From an uncultured Planctomycetota bacterium (lineage in GTDB: Bacteria > Planctomycetota > Planctomycetia > Isosphaerales > Isosphaeraceae), in contig CAVTTN010000002.1 in the NCBI GenBank assembly GCA_963737655.1, forward strand, positions 6,912,001-6,976,000: a stretch of DNA of 64,000 nt, in the 5' to 3' direction. How positions within the stretch are numbered: position 1 is the first letter of the stretch; each line of letters opens with the position of its first letter. Below are positions 1-10,727 of the stretch, one piece after another. The translations under genes were made by a program, and so were the position numbers. The notes under the pieces are model-generated. The model was not told the DNA's origin. It saw only the letters and a list, made by a program, of their open reading frames with translations, and ran no database searches.

Positions 1-866
1 GGCTGGGGCAGGGGCCCGCGTTGAACCTGAGGCTGGTCAATCCGAGCCTGCCGGGCGACCCGATCGCGGTCGCCCCCGGCCCCGCGTCGTCGCCGTCCCC
101 GGCGGCGCGAGGCGAGGCCGTCCCGCCATCGACGCCCCCGGGAGCGACCGTCCCGGGACCGACCGGCCCGCTGGCCGGTCCGGTCGCGGCGTCGATGGCG
201 GCGATCTTGACCGGGACGACGGCCGCCGTCCCCGCCCCCTCGGTCGTCCTGATCCCCCACCAACCCGCCCCGACCGCCGAGGCCATGGGCCCGGCCGGGC
301 TGTTCCTGGGGGTCGGCGGCGAGCTGGTCGGACGGGTTGGCGCCGGGGCCGATCACGTCGCCCCCGTCGGACCGACCAACGACGCCGGCGCCCTGGCCCT
401 GGCCGTCGCCAGCACCGGCCAGGGACAGTCGGTCGCCTCCGGGATCATCCTCCGGCCCACCTTCGACCTCGACGGCCCGAAGCCCGCCTCGCCGTCGACC
501 GACGGCGGGATGGTTCCGGCCGAGGCCAACCCGAACCCCGAGGTCTCGGCCGATTCCGGGGTCCTCCCGGCGACGTTCGACAACCCCGCGCACGTCGCCA
601 GCCTGATCGCCTCGCCCGCCCCGGTCGCGAGTGCCGAGGAGGCGGCGATGAATCCGCCGCTCGCCGATCTCGGCGACGAACCCGAGAGCGAAGCCGCCCC
701 GACGCCCTCGCCCTGGCGGATCGCCATGGCCGGGGCGCTGGCCCTCGGGGCCTGGTCGATCGCCCGTCGCCGCCGCGCCCGCCCTCGGCTTGCTCGGCCC
801 CGCCCGCAACGCACTCCGGCCCCTCACCGGCCCCGCCGAAGCCCCGAGATGGCCGAGTCGGTCTAG
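1..866 (+). CDS. C-terminal part of a Pro/Ala-rich surface or exported protein with a C-terminal membrane anchor (runs off the left edge)
   Basis: The frame is open from the window start. A low-complexity Pro/Ala/Ser region ends in PTPSPWRIAMAGALALGAWSIARRRRAR (TM helix plus Arg cluster). Stop TAG at 864-866. Confidence 0.6.
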   Translation, partial: LGQGPALNLRLVNPSLPGDPIAVAPGPASSPSPAARGEAVPPSTPPGATVPGPTGPLAGPVAASMAAILTGTTAAVPAPSVVLIPHQPAPTAEAMGPAGLFLGVGGELVGRVGAGADHVAPVGPTNDAGALALAVASTGQGQSVASGIILRPTFDLDGPKPASPSTDGGMVPAEANPNPEVSADSGVLPATFDNPAHVASLIASPAPVASAEEAAMNPPLADLGDEPESEAAPTPSPWRIAMAGALALGAWSIARRRRARPRLARPRPQRTPAPHRPRRSPEMAESV

Positions 867-943
867 GCAGGGCCTGCGTGGCCTCGCCGCGGATTCGCGA
901 GCATGTCTTCGGGCGAGCGTCCGTCCCCGGACGTCCCGGCGAA

Positions 944-3900
944 TCACCCCGCCGTCCCGGATTCCCCGGGGGGATCAATGGCCGCCGCGCGCGGTCCCCG
1001 ATCGCCGAGGACCAGGAGCGTCCTGCCGCCGACCGGGCCGAGCTGGGCCTCCGCGATGGAGGACGCGAGGGCCAGGTTTCGCCTCGCCCGGGGGACGTCG
1101 GCCTCCGAGACGGCCACCCCGATCAGGTGGTACCGGCCGTCTCGGTCGCGGAACCCGACGTCGATCCGCCCTCGGACGACCGTCCCGTCGGCTCGGGCGA
1201 TCGTCCAGGGCCATTCGCCGATCCGGTGGCGAGTCCGTCGGAGCGTTTTGGCCAGAGGGAGGCCGAGGAAGGCGTCGAGCCGGCGATGCGCCTCGATCTC
1301 GGCCCGACGAGGGACCAGCTCGTCACCCGACAGGGCCGCCCGTTCGATCGCCAGCGGCAGGTTCTCGGGCGAGAGGCCGTCCGGGTCGTTCAGGACCGCC
1401 CGGATCAGCCGTTCCACGGGTCGAAGCTCGGTCGGCAGCGTCCGGCTCGGGTCGAGGTCGAAGAAGCGGGGCCGCGGCGGCTTCGATTCGGCCGGTTCGT
1501 CCGAGGGCGAGGGGGCGGCGAGGATCCGGGCGATCGTGTTCAGCAATTTCGGGCGAAAGTTCGCCGGACGGGGGCGGCGGCTTTCGTCCGGATCGTCCGC
1601 GGCGACGATCCCGATCCTCGGATCGGCCCATCCGGAGGGCAAATCGGCCGAACAAAGGCCGGTCTGCCGATCGAACCGGGAGGCCAGCAGCCTCATCGCG
1701 GGCGAGCGGGGCGAATCGCCGGGCGCCGATCCGGCCGAGAGGATCAGGACGTCCCTCGCCCGGGTGGCCGCGACGTAGAACACGCGGAGGGCCTCGTCTT
1801 CCTCGGCGTTCGCCTCGATCGCCTTGAAGAGCTCCCAGCCCAGGCTCCATCGCTCCTCGCCGGTCTCGTCGTCCTCGGGAGGGCGGACGAGGGGCCCGAG
1901 CTCGGGATGGAGCCCGGCCGAGCCGTCGATCCCGGCCGTCCTCGGGCGGTCGCGATCGAGGTCGGGCAGGGCGACGATCGGGAATTCCAGGCCCTTGGCC
2001 GCGTGGATCGTCATCAGCTTCACCGCCGGGGCGGTCTCGTCGGCGGTGGCGGCCTGTTCCTCGCGAGGGGGGTCGTCCAGGTCGGCCCGGAGCCTCGCCA
2101 CGAAGTCCGCGAGGCTGACCGTCCCCAGCGAGTCGAAGGCGCGCGCCATCCTGACCAGCTTCCGGACGTTCGCCCGCTTCCGGTCGCCGAGGAACTCGCC
2201 CAGGAGGGCCGGCTCGAACCCGGATTCGTCGAGGATCGTCTCCAGGAGGTCGGCGATCGGCACGAGGTCCTTCCTCTCCCGCCATCGGCCGAGCGATTCT
2301 CGGGCGGTCCGCAGGCGGCGGAGGTCCTCGGGCGAGAGGGCCTCGGCCGCTTCCAGCCGATCGAGGCCCGACACGAAATCGCCGGACGACGCCTCGGCCA
2401 GCCAGAACAATCCCGAGTCGCTCACCCCGAAGAACGGCCCGCGAAGCGTCCCGGCCAGGGCGATCGAATCGCACGGGTCCTCGATGCTGGACAGGACGTT
2501 GATCAGGTCGATGACCTCCTGCTGGGCGAAGTAGGACGACCCGCCCAGGACCAGGTAATCGAGCCCTTCGGTCGCCAGGGCCCGCTCATATTCGGGCACG
2601 TCGGCCATCGACCGGAACAGCAGCGCCACGTCGCCGGCCGAGGCCCGGCGGATCGCCCCGGTCGAGCGATCGCGGACGAGCCAGCCGTCGCGGAGCTTGC
2701 CGGCGATCAGGCGGGCGAGGCCGCGGGCCTCTTCCTGGCGCTTCGTCGCGGCGTCGGCCTTCTCGCCGTCGCGACCGGCCCAGAGGAACAGGACGGCGTC
2801 CTGACCGGCGATGTCCTCGGTCCCGCCGCCGGGCTTCAGCGCGTTCGCGACGCCGGGGAACTCGTCGGCGAACAGGGCGTTGACGAAATTCAGGAGGCCC
2901 GGGACGCTGCGGAAGTTCTCGGTGAGGTCCAGCCGGCCGGGGTCGGGGAACTCGGCGCGGAACTCGTCGAAAATCGCCGGGTGCGCCCCCCGGAACCGAT
3001 AGATCGACTGCTTCGAATCGCCCACGAGGAACAATCGGCCGTCGCGGAGGGCGGAGCCCGCCAGGAGCCGGAGGATCTCGGCCTGGACCGCGTCGGTATC
3101 CTGGAATTCGTCCACGAGGAGCAGGCTGATCGAGTTCGCGACCGTTTCGCGGACGTGGGAGGGGCCGTCGCGGAGGAGGTCGCGGACCTTCAGGAGCTGG
3201 TCGTCGAAATCGATCCGGGCCAGCTCGGCCTTGGAGGCGGCGAACGTCTCGACGGCCTCGGTCACGATCCGGGCCAGCTTCAAACCCTCCTCGGCGGCGA
3301 ACCGGGACCGGCCCTCGTCGGGCTCGAGGAGCTCTTTCAGGGGCTTCAAACGCTTGTCGCGGAGCTCGGTCAGGCCGTCCTTGATCGCCAGGTACGCCTC
3401 CTCGGAGGGCCAATCCTTCTTCGACGTCCCGGCGACTCTCGCGTTTTCGAGCAAGACGTCGATCGCTTCGCCCGGTCGTCCGGCGTGCTCCAGCTCGGGG
3501 AGCAAATCCAGGAGGATCTGGACCCGTTCGTTCATCGCGGGCCTGGAGCAGGGGTTCTCGCGAAGGAGCCGGAGCAGGCGCCGGACGACCGCGAGACCCG
3601 TTTGAGCAGCGGGGCGAGCCCGCCTCCGGATCGGAACCGTTCCCAGCGATCGAGCAGGGATTCCGAGGTCTCCTCCAACCACGGGCCGAGCTCTCGGGCC
3701 GAGCGGTCGGCCAACAGGGCGGCGAGCCAGGATCGGACGGCGGTCAGGCCGTGTTCGATCGCCAGGGAGAGGAAATCGGGATGGGCCGTGGCCAGCCATC
3801 GGCGGGCGCAGGAGGCCAGCGCCTCCTCGCGGAGGGTCGGCGCGAGGGTCTCGTCGAGGACCGCCGCGCCGGGGTCGATCCCGGCCTCGACGGGGAATCG

Positions 3901-4236
3901 CTTGAGGACCTCCCCGCAAAACGAATGGAACGTGCCGATCCGGGCCGCTTCCAGGTCGCGGAGGACGCCTCGCCAGTGGCGAGGATCGGCCCCCGAGGCG
4001 AGGCGGTCTCGGCACGCCTGGCGGATGCGGTCGCGAAGCTCCCGGGCGGCCTTGTCGGTGAATGTGAGCGCGACGATCCGATCCAGGGGCATCGGCTCGG
4101 GGCCGTCGATCAAGGAGAGGAACCGCGCGGTGAGGACCGTGGTCTTGCCGCAGCCGGCGCCCGAGGCCAACGCCACGCTCGCCTTCTCGACGACCATCGG
4201 CGCCCGTTGCTCGGCGGTCAGCGGGCGATCGCTCAT
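944..4236 (-). CDS. addA: AddA-like UvrD-family ATP-dependent helicase/nuclease subunit A (apparent -1 frameshift near 3575-3595)
   Basis: The N-terminus lies in ORF 3532..5505 (LTAEQ, ASGAGCGKT Walker A, ALTFTDKAARELRDRI, IGTFHSFC). The rest lies in ORF 944..4015 (LLVDEFQDTD, VGDSKQSIYRFRGA, LTENFRS, MTIHAAKGLEFP, FYVAATRARD). ATGA overlap with the addB stop. Confidence 0.9.
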
Positions 4237-7200
4237 CGAGGCAGCTCCAGCCGGGGGAATTGCGGCCAGGTCTTGCGGGTCTTCCGCAGCGAGTCGATCC
4301 GGCAGACGGTCCTGAAGTCGCAATGGCGGGCGCAGTCCGCCGCCCGGGGGTGGACCGGGAACGACCCGTTCTTCAACGCATCGACCATGTCCAGGACGAA
4401 CGCCTCCAACGCCTCGCGATAGTGCCCCCAGCCTTCCTCGGCGGCCACGCCCCTGGGGGCCTCGCCGGCCATCGCGTGCATTTTCTTGAATCCGTCGTCC
4501 CTCAAGGCCCAGTAGGCGGCATCCAGCGGGTGCGAGTCGCGATCGGCCAGGATCACCCGCTCGGCCGCCAGGGCATACAGGGCGAGTTGGAGGGCCTCGC
4601 CGGTCTCGACCTTCGCCTTGGTCGGGCAATGGCCGGTCTTGTAGTCGATCACGCGGAAGAGGGTGCGGCCCTCGCGGTCGATCAGGTCGATCCGGTCGAT
4701 GAAGCCCTGGAGCTCGATGGCCCGAGGGGGTTCGCCGATCGTCAAGGGAGGGAACGCGGCGTCCTCCCGGCCGAACGAGACCTCGAACATCTGCGCCTCG
4801 GCGTCCCGGCCCTCCTTCCGGGAATAGTCGCGGAACTGGCGGGAATAGCGGTGGCCGACCCTCTTCAAGACCTCTTCCTCGATGGCGCGGAGGCCCAGGG
4901 CCGAACCGCTTGAGGCATTCGGGAGCTGTTCCACCAGGCGGGCGAACTCGACCTCGACGGCCCTGGCCACGCGGTCGGCGATCGGCTCGGATTCGCCCGG
5001 CTCGGGGGGCAGGTCGCGGAGCCTCGCATGGAGCGATTCCAGGGCGTGGTGGACGAGGCTGCCGCGCTCGGTGCGGTCCTCGTCCAGCTCGTCGCGGTCG
5101 TCGGGCGGCTCGAGCTTCAGGACGAATTTCTGGAAGAACTGGAACGGGCAGAGCGCGAACGACTCGAGCTGGCTGGCGCTGAAGGCGATCCGCCCCGGGG
5201 CGAACCGCTCGGCCAGCTTGCGGGCCGCCCGGGGGTCGCCGAGCATGCCGTCGAACGGCCCGAACCGGCCCTTGCGATGCCGCCATCGGGCGAGCCGCAG
5301 CGCCTCGGCCGCCGCGTCCAGGGCCGAACGATGGCGAGATTGCCGGGACAGGCGATCGAGCATCGCGAAATCGCCGTGATGGCACGCCAGGGCCACGGCC
5401 CGGACTCGGGCCTCGGCCGGGGACCTCGCCAACGATTCCGGGAGGACCGGCTCGATCCGGCCGAGGGAGGACCAGGCCGACGCCCACGCCGGGTCGGTCA
5501 GGCATCGGCGGACCTCATCCAGATACCCCGACGGCAGCAGGGCCTGACCCTTCTCGTCGGCCGACGGATAGACCAGCGTCAAGCTCTCGGTCGCCGAGCC
5601 GACCAGGCGGCAAAAGGCGGCGGCTTCCCTCCGCGAATGCTCGGCGAGGGCGTCGGGATCGGCCCCTCCGGGGGATCGAGACGGGAACGTCCCCTCGATC
5701 AAGTTCGCCGCGACGACATGAGGAAAATCGGCCCCTTCGGCCTCGTCGGGCGTCACGATCCGCAACGCCCCCCGGGTCTCCCGGGAGGCCGGGGCGACGA
5801 GGTCCGCCGAGATCGAGGCGATCTCGCGGACGAACTCGCCCCACGACCAGATTTCGTCGCCCCGACCGATCCGATCGAGCGCGTCTCCGTGGTCGTCGAG
5901 CGCGGGAAAGAACGCGTCTTGAAGTTCGAAGCCCTCGATCCCCAGCGATTCGGCGACCCCGGCCAGCCGATCGACCTGCGCCGACCACTTCCCGGGCCGA
6001 TCGGCGGCGGGGATCGTCGCCGAGAGCCATTCGAGAAGGTCGCGGGCCTCGGCGGCCTGCCTCGCCTTCTCCTCGTCGCGAGCCTTCGCCCCGGCACCCG
6101 GCCGACCCAGGACGCTCGAGGCGCGGCCCAGGGCCGAGACGATCGACGGCAAGCCGTGATAGGCGCGGGCCTGGCCGATCGCCCGGGCGGCGGAGGCCAT
6201 CGACCACGCCGAGACGCCCGGCCGTCGCGGCCGGACCCGAGAATTCCTCAACAAACGGACGAGCCGGGTCGCTTCCCACCCTTCCATCGGCAGCTTCGCC
6301 GCCAGCAGGAGAGCCATGACCCCGGGGTCGGCCCCGATCGGCCGTTCCACCGGGTCGATCGCCGGGATTCCCCAGGAATTCAGGGTCCGGGCGATCGTCG
6401 CGGCCTCCTCGTCCTTCCGGGGGACCACCAGGAGGACATCCTCGAACGATCGGCCCGAATCGAGGAGGTCGCCGACCCTCCTGGCGACCATCAACGCCTG
6501 GCCGTCGCCCCGGGGCGCGCCGTTGACGAGGAGGCCGTCGGCCGAATCGATCCGGGCGGCCGAATCGTCGCGGAACAGGAGCCGCGAGAGCCTCGCCGGG
6601 CCGGTTCTTCCCGGGTCTTCGTCGCCGATCGCCTCCTCCTCGAACCCGATCCCCAGCAGCCGCTCGCGGAGCCGTCCGGCGATCGCGTGGACCTCGATCG
6701 AGGCCGGGTCGGGGTCGAACGCGAGCGTGACGACGAGCGATCGCGCCCGATCGTGGAGCGCCTCCAGCCCGAGCCAGACCGGGCGTTCGGATCGAGGATC
6801 GAACACGGTCACGTCGCCGGCCATCTCGGGTCCGGGCAGGCCGTCGCGACGGATCGCGGCCGAGGCCCAGCGGGCGAAGCCGTCGGCGTCCTGGAGGCCG
6901 AGAAGGCCCAAAAGGTGGCGATATCTGGAGAAGATCGCCCATTCCGCCGAGCCGACGGCGTCGAGGGTCTCGGGCGGCTCGGCCGGGTCGAATCCCAGGC
7001 GGGTCCACCGCGAAATCCGGTCGCGGATCGTCCTCCGGAACCCCGGGGCCGTGGCCATCTCGCCCAGGGGCTTCAATCGCCCCTCGCGACCCGCCCCGGC
7101 GATGGCTTCCTGGAGGATCGCCCGGAGCCCGGCCGCCGACGGCTTCCTCGGGCCCTCGCCGCGTCGTCGTCGGAATTCGGCCCAGAGGTCATCCCACGTC

Positions 7201-7379
7201 CAGACCGTCGCCCGGCTCGGCCCGCCGGCCCTCCGGGCGAGGACCGCCGCCAGGCGATCGCGGGCCGGAGGTCCGGGGACCAGCCACAGTCCCGGGCCGT
7301 CGGTCGGGCCTCGCTCGATCGCCCGGAGACGGAGCCAGGGTCCGAGAGGGCCGGTCAGGAGCCGCCGAATCCGTCCCAT
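4233..7379 (-). CDS. addB: AddB-like PD-(D/E)xK nuclease subunit with Fe-S cysteines
   Basis: FSASQLESFALCPFQFF, GFIDRID, RVIDYKTG, LQLALYA and C-terminal CARHCDFRTVC. Adjacent to addA. Start placed at MGRIRRLLTGP. Confidence 0.88.
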   Translation of the reverse strand: MGRIRRLLTGPLGPWLRLRAIERGPTDGPGLWLVPGPPARDRLAAVLARRAGGPSRATVWTWDDLWAEFRRRRGEGPRKPSAAGLRAILQEAIAGAGREGRLKPLGEMATAPGFRRTIRDRISRWTRLGFDPAEPPETLDAVGSAEWAIFSRYRHLLGLLGLQDADGFARWASAAIRRDGLPGPEMAGDVTVFDPRSERPVWLGLEALHDRARSLVVTLAFDPDPASIEVHAIAGRLRERLLGIGFEEEAIGDEDPGRTGPARLSRLLFRDDSAARIDSADGLLVNGAPRGDGQALMVARRVGDLLDSGRSFEDVLLVVPRKDEEAATIARTLNSWGIPAIDPVERPIGADPGVMALLLAAKLPMEGWEATRLVRLLRNSRVRPRRPGVSAWSMASAARAIGQARAYHGLPSIVSALGRASSVLGRPGAGAKARDEEKARQAAEARDLLEWLSATIPAADRPGKWSAQVDRLAGVAESLGIEGFELQDAFFPALDDHGDALDRIGRGDEIWSWGEFVREIASISADLVAPASRETRGALRIVTPDEAEGADFPHVVAANLIEGTFPSRSPGGADPDALAEHSRREAAAFCRLVGSATESLTLVYPSADEKGQALLPSGYLDEVRRCLTDPAWASAWSSLGRIEPVLPESLARSPAEARVRAVALACHHGDFAMLDRLSRQSRHRSALDAAAEALRLARWRHRKGRFGPFDGMLGDPRAARKLAERFAPGRIAFSASQLESFALCPFQFFQKFVLKLEPPDDRDELDEDRTERGSLVHHALESLHARLRDLPPEPGESEPIADRVARAVEVEFARLVEQLPNASSGSALGLRAIEEEVLKRVGHRYSRQFRDYSRKEGRDAEAQMFEVSFGREDAAFPPLTIGEPPRAIELQGFIDRIDLIDREGRTLFRVIDYKTGHCPTKAKVETGEALQLALYALAAERVILADRDSHPLDAAYWALRDDGFKKMHAMAGEAPRGVAAEEGWGHYREALEAFVLDMVDALKNGSFPVHPRAADCARHCDFRTVCRIDSLRKTRKTWPQFPRLELPR

Positions 7380-8232
7380 TTCCGGCCCCCCCTCCGCCGA
7401 AGACCGCCAGCCCCAGCAGCACCACGCCCAGCGCGACGAGGTATACAGAAAAATACCACAATCGCCCCGCCCGGACAATCCGGACCAGCCAGACGATGGC
7501 GAGATAGCCCACCAGGCCGGAGACCACGGTGGCGGCGAGGGTCGGGGCGATCGGGACGGCCGAGAGCGTCGAGCGGTCGAGGTCCTTGAACTCCTTCGCG
7601 GCCGCGCCGAGGATCGCCGGCACGGCCAGCATCAGGCTGAAGTTCACGGCCCACGTCCTCTTGAGCCCGAGGGCCAGCGCCGTGGCGATCGTCAGGCCGC
7701 TGCGGCTCACGCCGGGCAGGGGGGCGAACGCCTGGGCCACGCCGATCAACAGGGCATCGAGCCAGGTCGTCTCCGAAGGCCCCTTCTCGCCGCCTTTCAA
7801 CCACCCCGAGATCGCCAGGACGGCCGCCGTGACCAGGAACCCGAGGCCGGTCGCGTAGGGGCTCTCGATGGCCTTCTCGATGACCTTCTTCAGGCCGAAG
7901 AGGTAAGGGATCAGCGGGAGGGTCGCCACCGCCGCGAGACAACCGACGCGGAAGACGGCCGACCTGCGGAAATCCTCGGCCACGTCGGTCGAGTTGAGCA
8001 GGAACCCGCGGGCGCCGGCGATCGCCTGTTTCCGATAGTGGACGACGATCGCGGCGAGCGTACCGAGGTGGAGGACGACGTCGAGGAAGAGGTTCTCCTT
8101 GCCGGTCCGGGCGCGGCCGGTCCCCCAGGCGAACAGCTTCTGGACGACGGTCAGATGGCCGTCGCTCGATACCGGGAGGAATTCGGTCAGCCCCTGGACG
8201 AGGCCGAGGATCAACGATTCGACCCAATCCAT
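7189..8232 (-). CDS. uppP: Undecaprenyl-diphosphate phosphatase (BacA/UppP)
   Basis: LGLVQGLTEFLPVSSDGHL, LHLGTLAA, QAFAPLPGVSRSGLTI and multiple TM helices. The C-terminal tail overlaps the addB start. Confidence 0.95.
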   Translation of the reverse strand: MDWVESLILGLVQGLTEFLPVSSDGHLTVVQKLFAWGTGRARTGKENLFLDVVLHLGTLAAIVVHYRKQAIAGARGFLLNSTDVAEDFRRSAVFRVGCLAAVATLPLIPYLFGLKKVIEKAIESPYATGLGFLVTAAVLAISGWLKGGEKGPSETTWLDALLIGVAQAFAPLPGVSRSGLTIATALALGLKRTWAVNFSLMLAVPAILGAAAKEFKDLDRSTLSAVPIAPTLAATVVSGLVGYLAIVWLVRIVRAGRLWYFSVYLVALGVVLLGLAVFGGGGAGNGTDSAAPDRPSRTLAPSPGDRARPDRRPGTVAGPRTSGPRSPGGGPRPEGRRAEPGDGLDVG

Positions 8233-8269
8233 GAAGGCATCCCCGAAGGCTACGGTCGTCGTCCCGCGG

Positions 8270-8865
8270 TCAGCCCGGCCTCTCGGCCTTGAGCAGGGGC
8301 CAGGCGACCACGAGATACCACACGCCACTATAGATCGTCAGGCCCACGGCGCCCCAGAGGAAGCCGTCTCGGAGGAGCGTCCATGGCCTGGCCGGGTCGG
8401 TCATCAGCGACACGAGCAGGATCGCCACCACGGCCAGGCACTGGAAGAGCGTCTTGAGCTTGCCCGTGAGCCGGGCGCCGAACGCCTCGCCTCGGCCCTC
8501 GATCAGGCTGCGGACGGCCTGGACGATCAGCTCCCGGACGACGATCGCCGTGACCATCCACGGCGCCAGGCCGGTCCCCTCGCGAGGCAGGAGGTGGATC
8601 AAGGCCCCGCAGACGATCACCTTATCGACCAGGGGGTCGAGCTGCCGGCCGATCGCCGTGACCTGATTGAGCCGTCGGGCGAGGTAGCCGTCGAGGGCAT
8701 CGGTCAACGAGGCGACGGCGAACGTGACCACGGCCGCGAGGTCGTGCCCCCGGGCGATGAAGGCGCAGGCCACCAGTCCCAGAGCCAGGCGGCCTACGGT
8801 CAGGCTGTTCGGGACGTTCCAGAACCGCGGGGCGCGGGGCGGAGCGTCGGGGAAGGAGCCGGCAT
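8270..8865 (-). CDS. pgsA: CDP-alcohol phosphatidyltransferase, PgsA-like (apparent -1 frameshift near 8850)
   Basis: WNVPNSLTVGR, TDALDGYLARRLNQVTAIGRQLDPLVDK, IVVRELIV and GKLKT. The ATG at 8865 becomes in-frame if one C is restored in a C run. Confidence 0.85.
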
Positions 8866-8879
8866 GAGCATCGGCTCGA

Positions 8880-10319
8880 CTAGTTCAGGATGGTGAAGGG
8901 GGACGCCGGCTTCTTCCTCGGCTTCGGGCGAGGCCGCCGAGGGCGAGGAGGCCGGGAGCCGGCCGTCGCCACGAGGTCATAGCCTTCCGAACCGACGATC
9001 CGGGCCGTCACGAGGTCGCCCGGCTGGAGCCCCGGACCCTGGACGAAGGCCACGCCATCGACGTCCGGGGCGTCGGCATACGTCCGGCCGATCCAGACGC
9101 CCTCGCCGCGATCCGAGGGGCCGTCCAGCAAGACGTCCAGCTCCCGGCCGACGAGCGAGGCGTTGAAGGCGAAGGCGATCGGCTGCTGGGCGGCCATGAT
9201 CCGGTCTCGCCTCTCGGCCTTCACCTCGTCGGCCAGGTGCCCCGGCAGCTTCGCCGCGGGAGTGTCGGCCTCGAACGAGTAGGGGAAGACGCCGAGCCTC
9301 TCGAACTTCGTCGCCTTCACGTACTCTTCGAGCTCGGCGAATTGCTCGTCGGTCTCGCCGGGGAAGCCGACGATGAACGTGGTCCGCAGGACCAGGCCGG
9401 GCAAGGTCTCGCGAAGCCGGCCGATGATCGCCTCGGTCTCGGCTCGCGAGTGCTTTCGATTCATCCTCTTCAGCATCACGTCATTGATGTGCTGAAGCGG
9501 CATGTCCAGGTAGGGGATGACCTTGGAGCATCCGGCCAGGGCGTCGTAGAGCTCGTCGGAGAAGTACATCGGATAATTGTACAGGACGCGGACCCAGTCG
9601 ATCCCCTCGATGTCTTCCAGGGCCCGGAGCAGGTCGGCCAGGCGGGGCTTGCCGTAGAGGTCGATCCCGTAATAGGTCATGTCCTGGGCCACGAGGTTCA
9701 GCTCGCGGACGCCGTCGGCGGCCAGCTCCCGGGCCTCCTTCACCACGGCCTCGATCGGCTTGGTGACGTGCTTGCCCCTCATGTACGGGATCGCGCAGAA
9801 CGTGCAGAGCCGGTCGCAGCCCTCCGAGACCTTCAGATAGGCGAGGTGCCGAGGAGTGACCCGCAACCGGGCGGTGTCGTCCTGGGCGCGGACCGGCGCC
9901 GGCCGGAAAATCGACCTCTGATCGTGCAAGCCGCCCATGATGCGGTCGGCCACCCGGGCGATTTCCTCCCGGCCGAACACGCCGACGATGCCATCGACCT
10001 CGGGCACCTGCTCCAAAAGCGCCTCTTTCTCGCGCTCGGCCAGGCACCCGGCCACGACCACGCCCTTGAGCCGGCCGTCCTTCTTCCGGTCGATCATCTC
10101 GCGGATCACGCCGAGCGATTCCTGGCGGGCGGCGTCGATGAAGCCGCACGTGTTGATAATCACCAGGTCGGCCCGATCGGCGTCGGGGACCAGCGTGTAG
10201 CCGTCCTGGGCGAGCAGGCCGAGCATCCTCTCGGAATCGACGAGGTTCTTCGGGCAGCCGAGGCTGACGAAGGAAAACGTGGCCTTCACGTCTTGATTCG
10301 TACCGACCGAGTCCGCCAT
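8880..10319 (-). CDS. rimO: Ribosomal protein S12 methylthiotransferase RimO
   Basis: SLGCPKNLVDSERMLG, INTCGFID, radical SAM motif EGCDRLCTFCAIP and a C-terminal TRAM domain (GRTYADAPDVDG). Confidence 0.95.
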   Translation of the reverse strand: MADSVGTNQDVKATFSFVSLGCPKNLVDSERMLGLLAQDGYTLVPDADRADLVIINTCGFIDAARQESLGVIREMIDRKKDGRLKGVVVAGCLAEREKEALLEQVPEVDGIVGVFGREEIARVADRIMGGLHDQRSIFRPAPVRAQDDTARLRVTPRHLAYLKVSEGCDRLCTFCAIPYMRGKHVTKPIEAVVKEARELAADGVRELNLVAQDMTYYGIDLYGKPRLADLLRALEDIEGIDWVRVLYNYPMYFSDELYDALAGCSKVIPYLDMPLQHINDVMLKRMNRKHSRAETEAIIGRLRETLPGLVLRTTFIVGFPGETDEQFAELEEYVKATKFERLGVFPYSFEADTPAAKLPGHLADEVKAERRDRIMAAQQPIAFAFNASLVGRELDVLLDGPSDRGEGVWIGRTYADAPDVDGVAFVQGPGLQPGDLVTARIVGSEGYDLVATAGSRPPRPRRPRPKPRKKPASPFTILN

Positions 10320-10642
10320 GCCGTCACTCACTCTTCTGCCGGGTGGGTGTTTCGAGGGGTTCGAGCGATTCGAGTAACATCAGCGACACGTCTTGCCAGC
10401 GTTCGGCCGAGTTGGATTCGCCTTCGGGCTTCATGTGAACGGTAACGGACGATCTGCCGACCCGAACCATCTCCGGGTGCCCGACCTCGAATGTTCGTCC
10501 GGTCGCCACGTGCATGCGAAAAGGGCGAAACGGCTCGGCGGTCACGAAATCCAGGACGATGCGAGGTGCGAGCATCATCGACTCCGTCGGAGAGAGATCC
10601 ATGGCCGCAGATGCCTACGCCGTGACGAAGGAAAACGTGGCC
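10265..10642. repeat. 20-bp direct repeat TGACGAAGGAAAACGTGGCC at 10265-10284 and 10623-10642
   Basis: Exact match read from the sequence. The first copy is inside the rimO 5' end; the second is in an orphan 19-codon rimO-like start fragment. Confidence 0.85.
10324..10578 (-). CDS. Small conserved planctomycete-type hypothetical protein (PFRPFRxHxxxGRxFEVxHPE family)
   Basis: AEPFRPFRMHVATGRTFEVGHPEMV resembles a small protein family common in planctomycetes. It abuts the rimO start. Confidence 0.75.
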   Translation of the reverse strand: MMLAPRIVLDFVTAEPFRPFRMHVATGRTFEVGHPEMVRVGRSSVTVHMKPEGESNSAERWQDVSLMLLESLEPLETPTRQKSE

Positions 10643-10674
10643 CTGGCGGTCGGGTCTCGGCTCCTGATTTCCAT
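10615..10674 (-). pseudogene. Orphan 5' fragment of rimO (MEIRSRDPTARATFSFVTA*)
   Basis: Encodes ATFSFV, identical to the RimO N-terminal motif, and shares the 20-bp repeat. Confidence 0.6.
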
Positions 10675-10727
10675 GGATCGACGTTTCGAGGTGCGAGACG
10701 GACTCGGTGAGCAACAGGGAGGCACTT

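Noticed and set aside
878..7589. Long plus-strand ORFs 878..4315 and 5028..7589
   Set aside because: Antisense shadows of addA and addB.
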